A stretch of 25,100 nt of DNA from positions 1-25,100 of the IMG/VR virus record IMGVR_UViG_3300029891_000071; one strand, 5' to 3'. The DNA comes from a virus. Taxonomy: Duplodnaviria; Caudoviricetes. Made by a program: the position numbers and the translations under genes. How positions within the stretch are numbered: the stretch's first letter is position 1; the number at the start of each line of letters is the position of its first letter. The notes below the pieces were generated by a model. The model did not search any database and was not told the DNA's origin. It was given only the letters and a program-made list of their open reading frames with translations. This document shows positions 24,446 through 25,100 of the stretch, piece after piece.

Positions 24446-24849
24446 GAGTTTTTTTTTAATTATTTTTCCTGTGAAGAAAATGAATCCCCATATCTGCTAA
24501 GTCACTATTGCATTTTGCAACACTTTCCCAATGTTATGTAAACCTGTGCGTAAATTTTAAAATCGTAACACGCTTGATAAAAATCCATTAACCCTTGCGA
24601 AATAATGACTTATCATAGTGTATAGAAAAACTATACACCCCTGAAAATGATAAAAAACGGAACCAAAATAATGCCGGAAATATAAAAAAAAAGTAGGCCC
24701 CTGTGCCTCCCTCAAAAAAAAATGTGATGTTGTTTTAGAGTAAGATTGTGCTAAAAAAAAAGGTATAGGATAGCATGTTAGAAATAAAAAAAAAGTGGAG
24801 AGTCCCTCTGTCTTCAAAAAACTTGGTTTGTTTTGGCTTGGTTTCATAC

Positions 24850-25100
24850 GAGACACCCGGAGAAGCGAAGCTGACCGGGACGAGCCGCAGGCTTGCTTTC
24901 ATCGAAGCGGAGCAGAGATGAACACGAGCCGACAGGCGAGATTCTTGACCGAAGTGGAGCGAGGTTGCCTTGGGCAAGCGGAGCCTTGCGCAAGCGGAGG
25001 ATCCTCTTTCCAGACGGCAACCAGCGAGGTCTGAACTTGCCGCCTTGCCGCTGCATTTTTTTGCAGCGAGCAAGAGCGGCAAGTTCAGGGCGAGCGGGCT
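24850..25100 (+). other. GC-rich multi-hairpin non-coding element
   Basis: CCCGG/CCGGG, TTCATC/GATGAA, GGTTGCC/GGCAACC stems and a 25-bp hairpin at 25031-25088; repeated AAGCGG and GCGAG motifs. Confidence 0.6.

Noticed and set aside
24557-25082. ORFs 24557..24856, 24735..25082, 24795..25034 and 24844..25056
   Set aside because: Mutually overlapping, no RBS, and composition dictated by A-tracts and hairpins.

Overview
The window is a segment of a dsDNA phage or prophage from a sigma70/Shine-Dalgarno bacterial host. From right to left on the - strand: a structured non-coding end region; a replication operon (HTH, initiator with internal iterons, loader-like protein, DnaB); an accessory stretch with two circularly permuted tRNA-like RNAs (one matching YrlA-type Y RNA), gene fragments and RusA; a short + strand unit (repeat fibre, small chaperone-like protein, Mu gp36-like adaptor); and a Mu-like head operon (TerS, TerL, portal, protease/scaffold, decoration proteins, major capsid, GT4 glycosyltransferase). 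No tail tube, sheath or tape-measure gene is recognisable. The most unusual part lies between portal and protease. It holds a nucleotidyltransferase, an ATP-dependent ligase and an ASCH + LigD-type 3'-phosphoesterase, interleaved with unrelated genes. The ligase is broken into three pieces, and its catalytic KxDG motif sits on a 16-aa mini-ORF with its own strong RBS. Family assignments are from motif recognition by eye; no database searches were run.
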